This document shows positions 36,698-44,899 of a DNA stretch of 45,023 nucleotides, piece after piece (position 1 is the first letter of the stretch; each line of letters opens with the position of its first letter). The stretch comes from a bacterium (lineage in GTDB: Bacteria; Bacteroidota; Ignavibacteria; UBA10030), in the NCBI GenBank assembly GCA_043803945.1, contig JAZDJN010000103.1, forward strand, positions 1 through 45,023, in the 5' to 3' direction. Below the pieces are notes generated by a model. The model was not told the origin of the DNA, did not search any database, and worked only from the letters and a program-made list of their open reading frames with translations. The position numbers were made by a program, and so were the translations under genes.

Positions 36698-38839
36698 CTA
36701 AATTCGATTTTCCCGTCGAACGGCCGATGAATCAGCGGCTGCTTTCTTCAATTGATTGTCGGGTGGTTTCTTATCGTCTACATCCTCCGGGATTGCTCGA
36801 TTCGGTTTTTTTAGTGAATCTGCTGGAACAGAACTCTCTTTTTTCAAGGTATCGGGAGGTGAAATCTTTTTCTCCGGGTCCGGTACACGGCGTTTCGCTG
36901 CAGTCGCGAAGGGTGAGTTGCTAAATTTTTCAGAAACGAATTTATAATATGTAATTGCACTGTCAGGTTGCTTTAAATAATTTTCGTAAATCCATGCCTT
37001 CGTGTACGAGCTCTTTGGAACAAAGGGTGAAGAGGGATACTTCGATTGCAATGAATCGAAGGTCAGGATAGACTCCTTATATTTCCCGGATTCCATAAGG
37101 AGAGAACCTCGAGTGTAATAATATTCGGCAGAGTCCTTTGTTGATTCGGCAGATTTTAATCCCAGAATAATTTGCGCCCGGTCTGCATAGCTGGATTTTG
37201 GATAATCGTTAAAAAGCCGGTCATAATAATCCCTCGGTTTTCCAAATCTCACGGAGTCGGTTCGTGCCAACTCGGCGAGGACGAATAATGCCCGCGGTGT
37301 TCGCATTGTATCACGCGAGGTATTGTATGCCTCCGTTAACCAATACGATGCTGAGTCGGGGGAATCCAATTCAGCATAAAATAATTCGCCAAGATCATAG
37401 GCAAGCCTCGCATGCATCGTTTTGATCGAATCTTTACCTAACCGAACAGGCTGCAGTCGAACTGAATCGGTCTTGACGGTAACGCTGTCTTTACTCACGA
37501 CAACCTTGGTGGAATCATGCTTTTGGAGTAGTGAATCTGCTTTGGCAATCTTCCCAGAGGGCACGACGCTGGAATCAGGCATACGTTCGGTCGTCGATGA
37601 ATCCTGTTTCAACGGTGCTGCGGATGCGATCTCTGGCAGCTTCTTCAGACTGTCGAGATTATGCATCTGATTCTTGAAGTCAAAATATTTTGCAAGTGCA
37701 AGGGCGCGTTTTGCAGCAATTGGCGCTGAGACAAAAGCAGCATTCATCGCCGCTCGATCATAAACAAGCTTTGCTTCCTGGTAGTTGCCGAGGGAGTACT
37801 GCAAGAGTTTCGCCAATTCAAATGACGCCTTTGCTCCAACCTCAGTCCTCGCATAGGTGGTATCGACATATTCATATTCGGCAATTGCCCGATCCAATTC
37901 TTTCTGCAAGGCGCAGGTGTTCCCACGCTCAAAATGGATCATCCCAAAAAACTCATTGAATCGATAATCATCCTTCATCTCGTCCAGAAGGAGCATAGAG
38001 GTATCATAGCGCTTCAATGTACGAAAGGCAATGACGGCTTGAAGGCGGCTGTAATAATTCAGATAGACATCGGAGGTAAGCTCACTCACCTTTAAATACG
38101 CTGACGCTGCCTTTTCATATTCTCCCCGTTCATAATTCAAATCGCCAATCCGGCTTTGTGCCGACCCTTTGATGAAATCGTCACCCGATACCTCCAGGGC
38201 TTTCTGAAAATATTCCTCTGCACCCTTAGAATTTTCTTTCGCTAGCTCAATCGATGCCATGGTAAAGTAGGCCTCTCCTGCTATCGATTGCTCATCTGCT
38301 TCAAGCGCTGATGTGGCAAGCATCTCTCCTGCCCGAATTGCATCATCCAAGCGATTCATTTTTTCAAGGGTTTTCAGAAACCAAAGCTGAGATTCAAAGA
38401 GCAGTGGGCTGTCGGGATATTTTGCGACGAGTTCGGAAAATTTCCGTTCTGCCTTGATATAATCCGCCTGATAAAAATATGATTTCCCGATAAGCAGGAG
38501 CGCATCATCAGCCACTGCACTGGATTGGTAAAAACTTAAAATGTGGGAGCATTTATCAATAACTTTTGTGAGGTTGGCTTTTGCTGTTTCCGAGATTCTT
38601 CCTGGTTGAGCCAACTCTGTTGTTTTGTTCTTCGGCGAGCGTGCCTGGGCTGTTATTTCTTTTTCTGCCTCGTCGAAAGCCTTTTTTGCGTTGTAATACG
38701 CATTAAAGTAGGACACAGTATTTTCATAACCGCTGGCAAAAAAACCGCCTATCGGTTCAAATACTGAGCATCCTGCCATAACAATACAACAGACGATTAT
38801 TGGCAAGGTGACGGTAAGAGCGGTGTTAGACTTGTTCAT
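36698..38839 (-). CDS. Large TPR lipoprotein (SprE/PorW-like)
   Basis: Lipobox MAGC, YFNAYYNA N-terminal motif, DDALLLIGKSYFY and many TPRs, Asp-Ser-rich linkers. The SprE/PorW resemblance is tentative. Confidence 0.75.
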   Translation of the reverse strand: MNKSNTALTVTLPIIVCCIVMAGCSVFEPIGGFFASGYENTVSYFNAYYNAKKAFDEAEKEITAQARSPKNKTTELAQPGRISETAKANLTKVIDKCSHILSFYQSSAVADDALLLIGKSYFYQADYIKAERKFSELVAKYPDSPLLFESQLWFLKTLEKMNRLDDAIRAGEMLATSALEADEQSIAGEAYFTMASIELAKENSKGAEEYFQKALEVSGDDFIKGSAQSRIGDLNYERGEYEKAASAYLKVSELTSDVYLNYYSRLQAVIAFRTLKRYDTSMLLLDEMKDDYRFNEFFGMIHFERGNTCALQKELDRAIAEYEYVDTTYARTEVGAKASFELAKLLQYSLGNYQEAKLVYDRAAMNAAFVSAPIAAKRALALAKYFDFKNQMHNLDSLKKLPEIASAAPLKQDSSTTERMPDSSVVPSGKIAKADSLLQKHDSTKVVVSKDSVTVKTDSVRLQPVRLGKDSIKTMHARLAYDLGELFYAELDSPDSASYWLTEAYNTSRDTMRTPRALFVLAELARTDSVRFGKPRDYYDRLFNDYPKSSYADRAQIILGLKSAESTKDSAEYYYTRGSLLMESGKYKESILTFDSLQSKYPSSPFVPKSSYTKAWIYENYLKQPDSAITYYKFVSEKFSNSPFATAAKRRVPDPEKKISPPDTLKKESSVPADSLKKPNRAIPEDVDDKKPPDNQLKKAAADSSAVRRENRI

Positions 38840-38919
38840 GATTTCTAATACAAATATATTAAATCACGTTAACTGGTGCAAGCTACTTAAAAGAATTTTG
38901 CTTGCCTGAGAAAATGCAT

Positions 38920-38946
38920 TAAACCTCACAGCAATCGATGCATCTA
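38920..38946 (+). promoter_or_regulatory. Possible ECF sigma-type promoter
   Basis: TAAAC-16 bp-CATCTA about 35 bp upstream of the Spy/CpxP-like gene. Resembles AAAC...CGTC-type ECF promoters. Confidence 0.3.
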
Positions 38947-38981
38947 AACAATAAAAGCATAAACAGAAAGGAACTCATTCA

Positions 38982-39677
38982 ATGAAGATACGAACAATGG
39001 TAATCACAGCAATTGCTCTAATCATGGGCACCACAATTGCCATCGCTCAACAGCCGCAGATGCAGCCGCCGCCAAAGGAGAATCAAGCAGCGGATGTCAT
39101 GAAAAAACTTAAACTCACAGATGATCAACGGAAAGAGGTCGAAAAACTTCGCGTTGACCAAGCTAAACAGGGAATCACTCATCGCGGTAAACGCGAAACG
39201 GCCAACCTCGATCTCCAGCAATTGTTGAGAGCAGAGAGTCCGGACAAGGCCGCCATTGAAAAGAAGGTCAATGAGATTGCCCAACTCGATGCCCAGGGCA
39301 AATTATTGAAAATCAATCATTGGTTTGGCGTCAACAAAATTCTCACTCCCGATCAACAAAAGGTGTGGAAACGAAAGCTGGCGCAAAATCTTGCCTTAAA
39401 TAAAGGCCAGGCACAGCAACAGAGAGTCCGGCGAGGTTTGGGTATGCGGATGCAGGGGCGGCAGCCGATGCGACCTATGATGCAGCAGCGAATGATGATG
39501 GGTCGTCAAAGGGGGATGCAACAACGTAGGCAGATGATGATGCAACAACGCGGTCAGATGATGATGCACCAAGGCGGCCAGATGATGCAGCAAGAGGGCC
39601 AGATGATGATGCAGCGGGGCCGTCAGATGGCGAAACCGCCGGTTGAAATAAAAGAAGAAGTTCCCGTTAAGAAGTAA
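38982..39677 (+). CDS. Spy/CpxP-like periplasmic protein with Met/Gln-rich C-terminal repeats
   Basis: Signal peptide (AIA-QQ), two LTxxQ motifs (LKLTDDQ, ILTPDQQ), tail with repeated QMMMQQxG. Confidence 0.82.
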   Translation: MKIRTMVITAIALIMGTTIAIAQQPQMQPPPKENQAADVMKKLKLTDDQRKEVEKLRVDQAKQGITHRGKRETANLDLQQLLRAESPDKAAIEKKVNEIAQLDAQGKLLKINHWFGVNKILTPDQQKVWKRKLAQNLALNKGQAQQQRVRRGLGMRMQGRQPMRPMMQQRMMMGRQRGMQQRRQMMMQQRGQMMMHQGGQMMQQEGQMMMQRGRQMAKPPVEIKEEVPVKK

Positions 39678-39697
39678 TTTTTATTTGAAACGCATTC

Positions 39698-39725
39698 AGG
39701 CGATCGATCAACGGTCGCCTTTTTT
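39698..39725 (+). terminator. Intrinsic terminator between convergent genes
   Basis: AGGCGATCG-ATCAA-CGGTCGCCT followed by a T run. Confidence 0.75.
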
Positions 39726-40434
39726 ATTTGGGGTTGGTGGGACGAATGTCGATTTCGCTGACCATCGTACGATCAGGGATCTTCAAAGCCGTGAGAATCG
39801 TTTCCGCGATATCCTGAGGATGAATAATTTTCGCCTCTCTCGCTGCATCGTTGGTGTGAGAAAATGTTGTCGCAACTGAACCCGGACAAATGGTAATCAC
39901 TCTCACCCCCCGTTCACGAACTTCAAGCATCAGGCAACCGGCAAATCCCATTAAAGCCCACTTTGTTGCCGCATAGCCTGTCCCGTTTACAAATGCATTC
40001 TTGCCTGCGAGCGACGAGATGTTGATAATCGCACTTGCGGGATTCTTCTCGAGGAGCGGCAATGCATATTTGGTACAGACGAAAACTCCTCGGATGTTTA
40101 ACTTCCACATCTCATCGAACTCCTGAATCGTAAGATCGCGGAATGGTGCAAAGTGACCGATGCCAGCATTATTCACAAGAATGTCGAGATTGTTGAAGTG
40201 CTCATGCACAAACGTGAAGAGCGCCTCTACTTGTCGATCATCGGTGAGATCTGTTGGCACAGCTAAGGCTTGCCCAGCATTCGATTGTATTTCTGCCTGA
40301 ACGGCCTCCAGTTCATTTTTCGATCTGGACACCAGAACAACAGTCGCTCCCTTCCCTGCCAGTGCAAGGGCTATCGCTTTGCCAATGCCCCGCCCTGCAC
40401 CTGTTACCACAGCAACTTTTCCTTTTAGTTCCAT
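39724..40434 (-). CDS. Short-chain dehydrogenase/reductase (SDR)
   Basis: TGAGRGIG, NNAG, catalytic YAATK, ICPGSV. Confidence 0.92.
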   Translation of the reverse strand: MELKGKVAVVTGAGRGIGKAIALALAGKGATVVLVSRSKNELEAVQAEIQSNAGQALAVPTDLTDDRQVEALFTFVHEHFNNLDILVNNAGIGHFAPFRDLTIQEFDEMWKLNIRGVFVCTKYALPLLEKNPASAIINISSLAGKNAFVNGTGYAATKWALMGFAGCLMLEVRERGVRVITICPGSVATTFSHTNDAAREAKIIHPQDIAETILTALKIPDRTMVSEIDIRPTNPK

Positions 40435-41156
40435 TAAGAAAGGTCTCCGCCTTGTGGTCGAATTGTGATTTCTTCAGCCATCACCGAAGGAGGCTGGCAG
40501 GTTATTTCAAAAACAATATTCGCGACATGGTCCGGCATGAGCATCTGGTGCCCAAAACGTTCCTGGTGCTTCGGATGCCAGATTGATGTGAGAACCGCAC
40601 CAGGGAATACATTTGTGATATGAATTCCTTTACCCCGTACTTCACTGCGGAGAACGTTCATCATACCTTCCATCGCAATTTTCGAAGCAGTGTACACAGA
40701 TGATTTTGCATAAACCGCTTTCGCTGCATACGAGGCAATGTTCACAATCGTGCCTGCCTTCCGTTCAATCATCGCTGGTAAGATGGCTTGAGTGAGCACA
40801 AAGACAGCACGAAGATTGGTGTTGAACACATGATCATATTCTTCAAGTGAAGTATCCAAAAAGTCCTTGAAGTAGGTGACACCGGCATTATGAATCAAAA
40901 TATCGACCCAACCGTGATTTTTGAGAATCGCGGAAGCAACTTTAATTACTTGCGTTGTTTGCTGCAGATCGCATTGATAAGGAAAGAAGTGAGTCTCCGG
41001 CGATTGAAAGAAGGGCCGAAGATCTTCCATTGAGCCGAGTGTCCGGGCCAGAGCAAAGACACGGTCCCCGTTTTTCCCGAATTGTTTCGCTAATGCCGCA
41101 CCGATGCCCGAACTGGCACCGGTAATCAGTACATTCCGCGCAGACGGTGTGGTCAT
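40434..41156 (-). CDS. SDR, candidate Chlorobium-type sepiapterin reductase
   Basis: TGASSGIG, NAGV, YTASK. The PGAVLTSIW and EEITIRPQGGD motifs recall, from memory, Chlorobium tepidum sepiapterin reductase. Coupled to folE and PTPS. Confidence 0.7.
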   Translation of the reverse strand: MTTPSARNVLITGASSGIGAALAKQFGKNGDRVFALARTLGSMEDLRPFFQSPETHFFPYQCDLQQTTQVIKVASAILKNHGWVDILIHNAGVTYFKDFLDTSLEEYDHVFNTNLRAVFVLTQAILPAMIERKAGTIVNIASYAAKAVYAKSSVYTASKIAMEGMMNVLRSEVRGKGIHITNVFPGAVLTSIWHPKHQERFGHQMLMPDHVANIVFEITCQPPSVMAEEITIRPQGGDLS

Positions 41157-41737
41157 CAGTGTTCCAGTTTTCTGTTGATGAGTGTTAAAAACTCATTCCG
41201 CGTTTTCACATCCCGGCGAAACGAACCGTACATGGCGCTTGTTGTCGCAATGGAATTATGTTTTTGCACTCCCCGCATCATCATGCACAAATGCCGTGCC
41301 TCCACGACAACCCCGACGCCATCCGGTTTCAAATACTTATAAATGGTTGAGGCTATCTGCTGCGTTAATCGTTCCTGCACCTGCAGGCGCCGAGAGAACA
41401 CTTCGACGATCCGCGGGAGTTTGCTCAGCCCGACAATCTTTCCTTTCGGGATGTAGGCGATGTGGCATTTCCCATAGAAGGGAACGAGATGATGCTCACA
41501 GAGACTGAAGAAATCGATATCCTTTACAATGACCATCTCATTATATCGCTCATTAAAGATCGCATCATTGAGTAGTGTCTGGATTTCCTCGCTATATCCC
41601 TTGGTAAGGAATCGATACATCTCCGCAACCCGTTTTGGCGTTTTCTGAAGTCCCTCACGTTTCGGATTCTCTCCTATCTCGGAAAGGAGCTGATGGATAA
41701 GCTTTTCGAAGCTCTCGCTGCCTTGAGGTAATTTCAT
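41156..41737 (-). CDS. folE: GTP cyclohydrolase I
   Basis: [43 protein letters not shown]. Confidence 0.98.
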   Translation of the reverse strand: MKLPQGSESFEKLIHQLLSEIGENPKREGLQKTPKRVAEMYRFLTKGYSEEIQTLLNDAIFNERYNEMVIVKDIDFFSLCEHHLVPFYGKCHIAYIPKGKIVGLSKLPRIVEVFSRRLQVQERLTQQIASTIYKYLKPDGVGVVVEARHLCMMMRGVQKHNSIATTSAMYGSFRRDVKTRNEFLTLINRKLEH

Positions 41738-42147
41738 GATCCTTCTCCTCGATATTCAACGACATTGTTTTCCGTTTCATGGAGCCGAATTGAAAACAGT
41801 TTCCCCTCAGTGATCTTCGGTTCCAGGATACTCCAAAATACCTTCGCAATATTTTCAGCGGTCGGAATCACATTTAAAAATACCGGGACATCGAAATTTA
41901 GATGCTTATGATCGACCAGATCCAAAACTTCTTTCTGAAGAATGACTTTCAATTTTTTCAAATCGATCAGATAGCCGGTTTTCGGATTTACTTCGCCGGC
42001 TACAGTTACTTGAAGGACATAGTTATGGCCATGGCCGAACTTGTTCCCGCATTTATCATAGATTGCCTCATTCTGTTCGTCGGTCAATTCTGGATTGAAT
42101 AAACGATGTGAGGCGCTGAAGATCGCCCGGCGTGTCACATACAGCAT
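41734..42147 (-). CDS. 6-pyruvoyl-tetrahydropterin synthase (PTPS-II type, C-X5-HGH)
   Basis: [35 protein letters not shown]. Confidence 0.9.
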   Translation of the reverse strand: MLYVTRRAIFSASHRLFNPELTDEQNEAIYDKCGNKFGHGHNYVLQVTVAGEVNPKTGYLIDLKKLKVILQKEVLDLVDHKHLNFDVPVFLNVIPTAENIAKVFWSILEPKITEGKLFSIRLHETENNVVEYRGEGS

Positions 42148-42177
42148 TCGTACATCCCACCCTCTCTTGTCAGGTAC

Positions 42178-42372
42178 TCAAAGTGCCTGTATTACTTCTT
42201 CGGTCTGTCCTTCGACTTTCACCTTTGGGAAAATGTGCGATATTTTTCCCTTTTCATCAATAAGAAATGTCGTGCGTTCGATTCCCATATATTTTTTCCT
42301 ATACATCGACTTTCCCTTCCAGACCCCGTACGCCTTCACAACCTTTTTATCCTCATCGCTGAGCAGTGGAAA
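42178..42372 (-). pseudogene. bcp: BCP (thioredoxin-dependent peroxiredoxin) 3' remnant
   Basis: Reads FPLLSDEDKKVVKAYGVWKGKSMYRKKYMGIERTTFLIDEKGKISHIFPKVKVEGQTEEVIQAL*. There is an in-frame stop a few codons upstream, and the N-terminal half with the catalytic Cys is absent. Confidence 0.85.
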
Positions 42373-42475
42373 TAGAAAATATCTCCTTCACGTAAGACGT
42401 CACGAGCAGGCGTTATTTCCTGCAACTATCGTTATGATGTAGCTCCTCAGCTTAATCGGTAACAAATCATTTTTA

Positions 42476-42623
42476 CCACCGATGGCACACTGATAATCAC
42501 TGAGAAAAGTAAATAGTGTGAGATCTTGTTCGAAGAAAGAACAAAATAAATCATTATCTGTGTATTTCGGTGTGTCATCCCTGCCTGCCCTCCTTCGTCG
42601 GGCAAAGCGGCAGGCAGGCGTGG
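42476..42623. repeat. Imperfect inverted-repeat element with a nested CCTGCCTGCC...GGCAGGCAGG palindrome
   Basis: Left arm CCACCGATGGCACACTGATAATCACTGA (42476-42503) matches the reverse complement of TCTGTGTATTTCGGTGTGTCATC[insert 42580-42618]CGTGG. Confidence 0.7.
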
Positions 42624-42649
42624 AGAACTTTCAGAGCAATGACGTTCTG

Positions 42650-43123
42650 TTAATGAATTCTCGAAAGTGCTTTAGTAATCTCATCATAATCAGGCTCAAT
42701 GCCAGGATTCTCAGAAATCCACGCATACTGCACGACACCATTCTTATCAAGAATGAAGACAGAGCGCTTAGCGGCAACGTATCCGTTCAGGCCGGCAAAA
42801 TCATTATGCTGAATGTCATATGCCTTTAATGCTTCGCGTCCAAAGTCAGATAGTAAAGGGAACTGGAGAGTATTCTGAGTGGCAAACGCTTTATTGGCAA
42901 AGGGTGCATCAACACTGATGGCAACGACCTGAGCATCCAGTTGATTCAAGTTACTCATGGAATCGCGGAAAGCACAAAGCTCTTTCGTACAAACACCGGT
43001 GAAAGCACCCGGGAAGAAGGCCAGAACGGTTTTCTTACCGAGGAACTCGCTTAAGGTACGTTGCTTTCGTTCTGTATCGAACAGGGTAAATGCGGGGGCT
43101 TTTGAACCAATTGTAATAGGCAT
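42650..43123 (-). CDS. Peroxiredoxin (AhpC/TSA family, PrxQ/AhpE-like)
   Basis: FFPGAFTGVCTKELC, ISVD, FPLLSD, KRSVFILD. AAGGAGG RBS. Confidence 0.93.
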   Translation of the reverse strand: MPITIGSKAPAFTLFDTERKQRTLSEFLGKKTVLAFFPGAFTGVCTKELCAFRDSMSNLNQLDAQVVAISVDAPFANKAFATQNTLQFPLLSDFGREALKAYDIQHNDFAGLNGYVAAKRSVFILDKNGVVQYAWISENPGIEPDYDEITKALSRIH

Positions 43124-43146
43124 AAATCCTCCTTTGCAAAGTTGGT

Positions 43147-43374
43147 CTCATTTGATTTGTTGACATAGCCGTTATATAACTTAAAATGCTCTTCCATTGC
43201 TTTTCGCGAAATACCATCCATCTCAAACAGCGATTGCTTGAGTGGCTTCGGTTTATACACTTCATTGCTCTGTTGATCCACAATTGGTGCGCCGGAAGAT
43301 TGATTTGGCAGCACTCCATGTATAAGGATCGCTGTTGAATCAGCTTCTAAAAACATACGTCGTGATGTTCTCAT
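43147..43374 (-). pseudogene. Fe/Mn superoxide dismutase family 5' remnant with Tat-like leader
   Basis: MRTSRRMFL leader, then YKPKPL...DGISRKAMEEHFKLYNGYVNKSNE (first metal-ligand His helix of Fe/Mn SOD). Similarity stops just before the peroxiredoxin RBS. Confidence 0.7.
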
Positions 43375-43441
43375 AGTAACAGAATCCTTTCCATTTATTT
43401 TCCTATTAGAACACCTTTACGCCCTAAAATAGTGCCCGATA

Positions 43442-44734
43442 TTAGAATTTCACTCGCATTCCAAGTGAAATAGAGTACATCACTACATAATAGCCTGAAC
43501 GGAAGCTAAGCTCCTGGTTTGTATAATCGCAATTCACATAGGCAGCAAAAGAATCTGTGATCCCACCCTGCCATCCAAGGCCAATTGTTTGAGATTTCAG
43601 GTAGAAAAGCTGCTTCCCTGTCAATCCCGTACTGGATTGAATAGCACGTTCATCCGGTGAAAATCCAATTCCTCCCTTTACTGAGAAATAGTCCTCCGAG
43701 CTGCCAAGATAATACCGCGCCGAAAGTGTTACCGATTTTGAAAAATTACCTCCATCAGGAGTGAGAGTAGGCCGCAGCGAAAACCAAAAATTCCCCGAAT
43801 AGATCCCAATCGTGCCGGTATACATTGTTACTTTACTATCCCGTTCAAAATAGAGATGCCGCAAGCCAAGAGATCCCTCCATACTGGATGGGAGTCTCAT
43901 ATACAACTCAAATCCGAACCGATGCCTGGGAAATAAAGTACTCACGGAATACCCGTAGTTGATGTAAGCATAATAACCATCGGCAATTCGCGGATAAGAA
44001 TCCATCTCAACCTGCCAACCATGTGTTTGAAAACGGCTCGCGTAATTGATTCGAGCGATCAGCGATCCGATCGATGTTCGTCTCCCCCACTGCAAAGCTG
44101 CATATTTCATGGGATCATAATAATCCGAATAGTGATCCAGCGAATAGTTGATGCTGATAGTATTGGACATTGATTGTAATTGGATGAGATGCCGGATCTC
44201 GGTGACCTCTGGATTCGATGGATTGATATCTTCTGCAAGATTAAGAATACTTAGCGCCTGCTCCTCTTTTTTCAATGCACGGAGTGCACGGGCTTTCTTC
44301 ACAAGTAAAGCATCGTTATTTGGTGAAGAGTTAATACCTCTATTGAGCAGATCGAGAGCAGCATCGGGTTTATCATCCCAGAGTTCGACATCGGCAAGAG
44401 CGAGAATAGCTTCTGTATTCGCAGGCTGCTGACTCAGAACAATCATCAATTCTTTACGCGCTTCGTCGCGACGGCCATCCCACGTATATGTCCTTCCCAA
44501 TAAAATTCTGACATCATCATACATGGGACTTCGCTGTAAAATGATCCGACAAAGTTTGCGGACTTCCTCTCGCTCACCTCCAAACGCTTTCTTTCGAGCA
44601 ATAAGAAATAATTCATCCACGCCCAGTGAAAGTGTATCGATCTGTGCATAGAGCGGATGGCTCAGGATAATGCAGAGGAGCACTACCATCACACACAACA
44701 AGTTGACGTCACATTCAAGTGAAAAAATCTTCAT
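43442..44734 (-). CDS. TPR-containing YaiO-family outer membrane beta-barrel protein
   Basis: Signal peptide, N-terminal TPRs (LGRTYTWDG), barrel motifs (DSYPRI, LFPRHRFGFE, YTGTIG.Y.GNFW, GFSPDE), C-terminal Phe. Confidence 0.82.
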   Translation of the reverse strand: MKIFSLECDVNLLCVMVVLLCIILSHPLYAQIDTLSLGVDELFLIARKKAFGGEREEVRKLCRIILQRSPMYDDVRILLGRTYTWDGRRDEARKELMIVLSQQPANTEAILALADVELWDDKPDAALDLLNRGINSSPNNDALLVKKARALRALKKEEQALSILNLAEDINPSNPEVTEIRHLIQLQSMSNTISINYSLDHYSDYYDPMKYAALQWGRRTSIGSLIARINYASRFQTHGWQVEMDSYPRIADGYYAYINYGYSVSTLFPRHRFGFELYMRLPSSMEGSLGLRHLYFERDSKVTMYTGTIGIYSGNFWFSLRPTLTPDGGNFSKSVTLSARYYLGSSEDYFSVKGGIGFSPDERAIQSSTGLTGKQLFYLKSQTIGLGWQGGITDSFAAYVNCDYTNQELSFRSGYYVVMYSISLGMRVKF

Positions 44735-44763
44735 TTCGATCCCAGATGCTGTTGTTTCACAAA

Positions 44764-44792
44764 TTGAACTTTACACTGATTCTCGTTATATT
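44764..44792 (+). promoter_or_regulatory. Sigma70-type promoter for tRNA-Ser
   Basis: TTGAAC-17 bp-TATATT about 20 bp upstream of the tRNA. Confidence 0.55.
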
Positions 44793-44812
44793 CTCAATAA
44801 GAGACCATACTC

Positions 44813-44899
44813 GGAAGGGTGCGAGAGTGGTTGAATCGACCGGTCTCGAAAACCGGAGTACCGCTTGCGGTATCGAGGGTTCGAATCCCTCCCCTTCCG
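44813..44899 (+). tRNA. tRNA-Ser(CGA)
   Basis: GGAAGGG...CCCTTCC-G acceptor stem, anticodon arm CCGGT-CTCGAAA-ACCGG, long variable arm, T-loop GTTCGAAT. CCA is not encoded. Confidence 0.97.

Noticed and set aside
41734-42147. queD (queuosine pathway)
   Set aside because: C-X5-HGH spacing and SDR neighbours, with no queC/E/F nearby, favour PTPS-II.
42095-42829. Plus-strand ORFs 42095-42442 and 42518-42829
   Set aside because: They are antisense to the bcp remnant and prx or run through repeat DNA.
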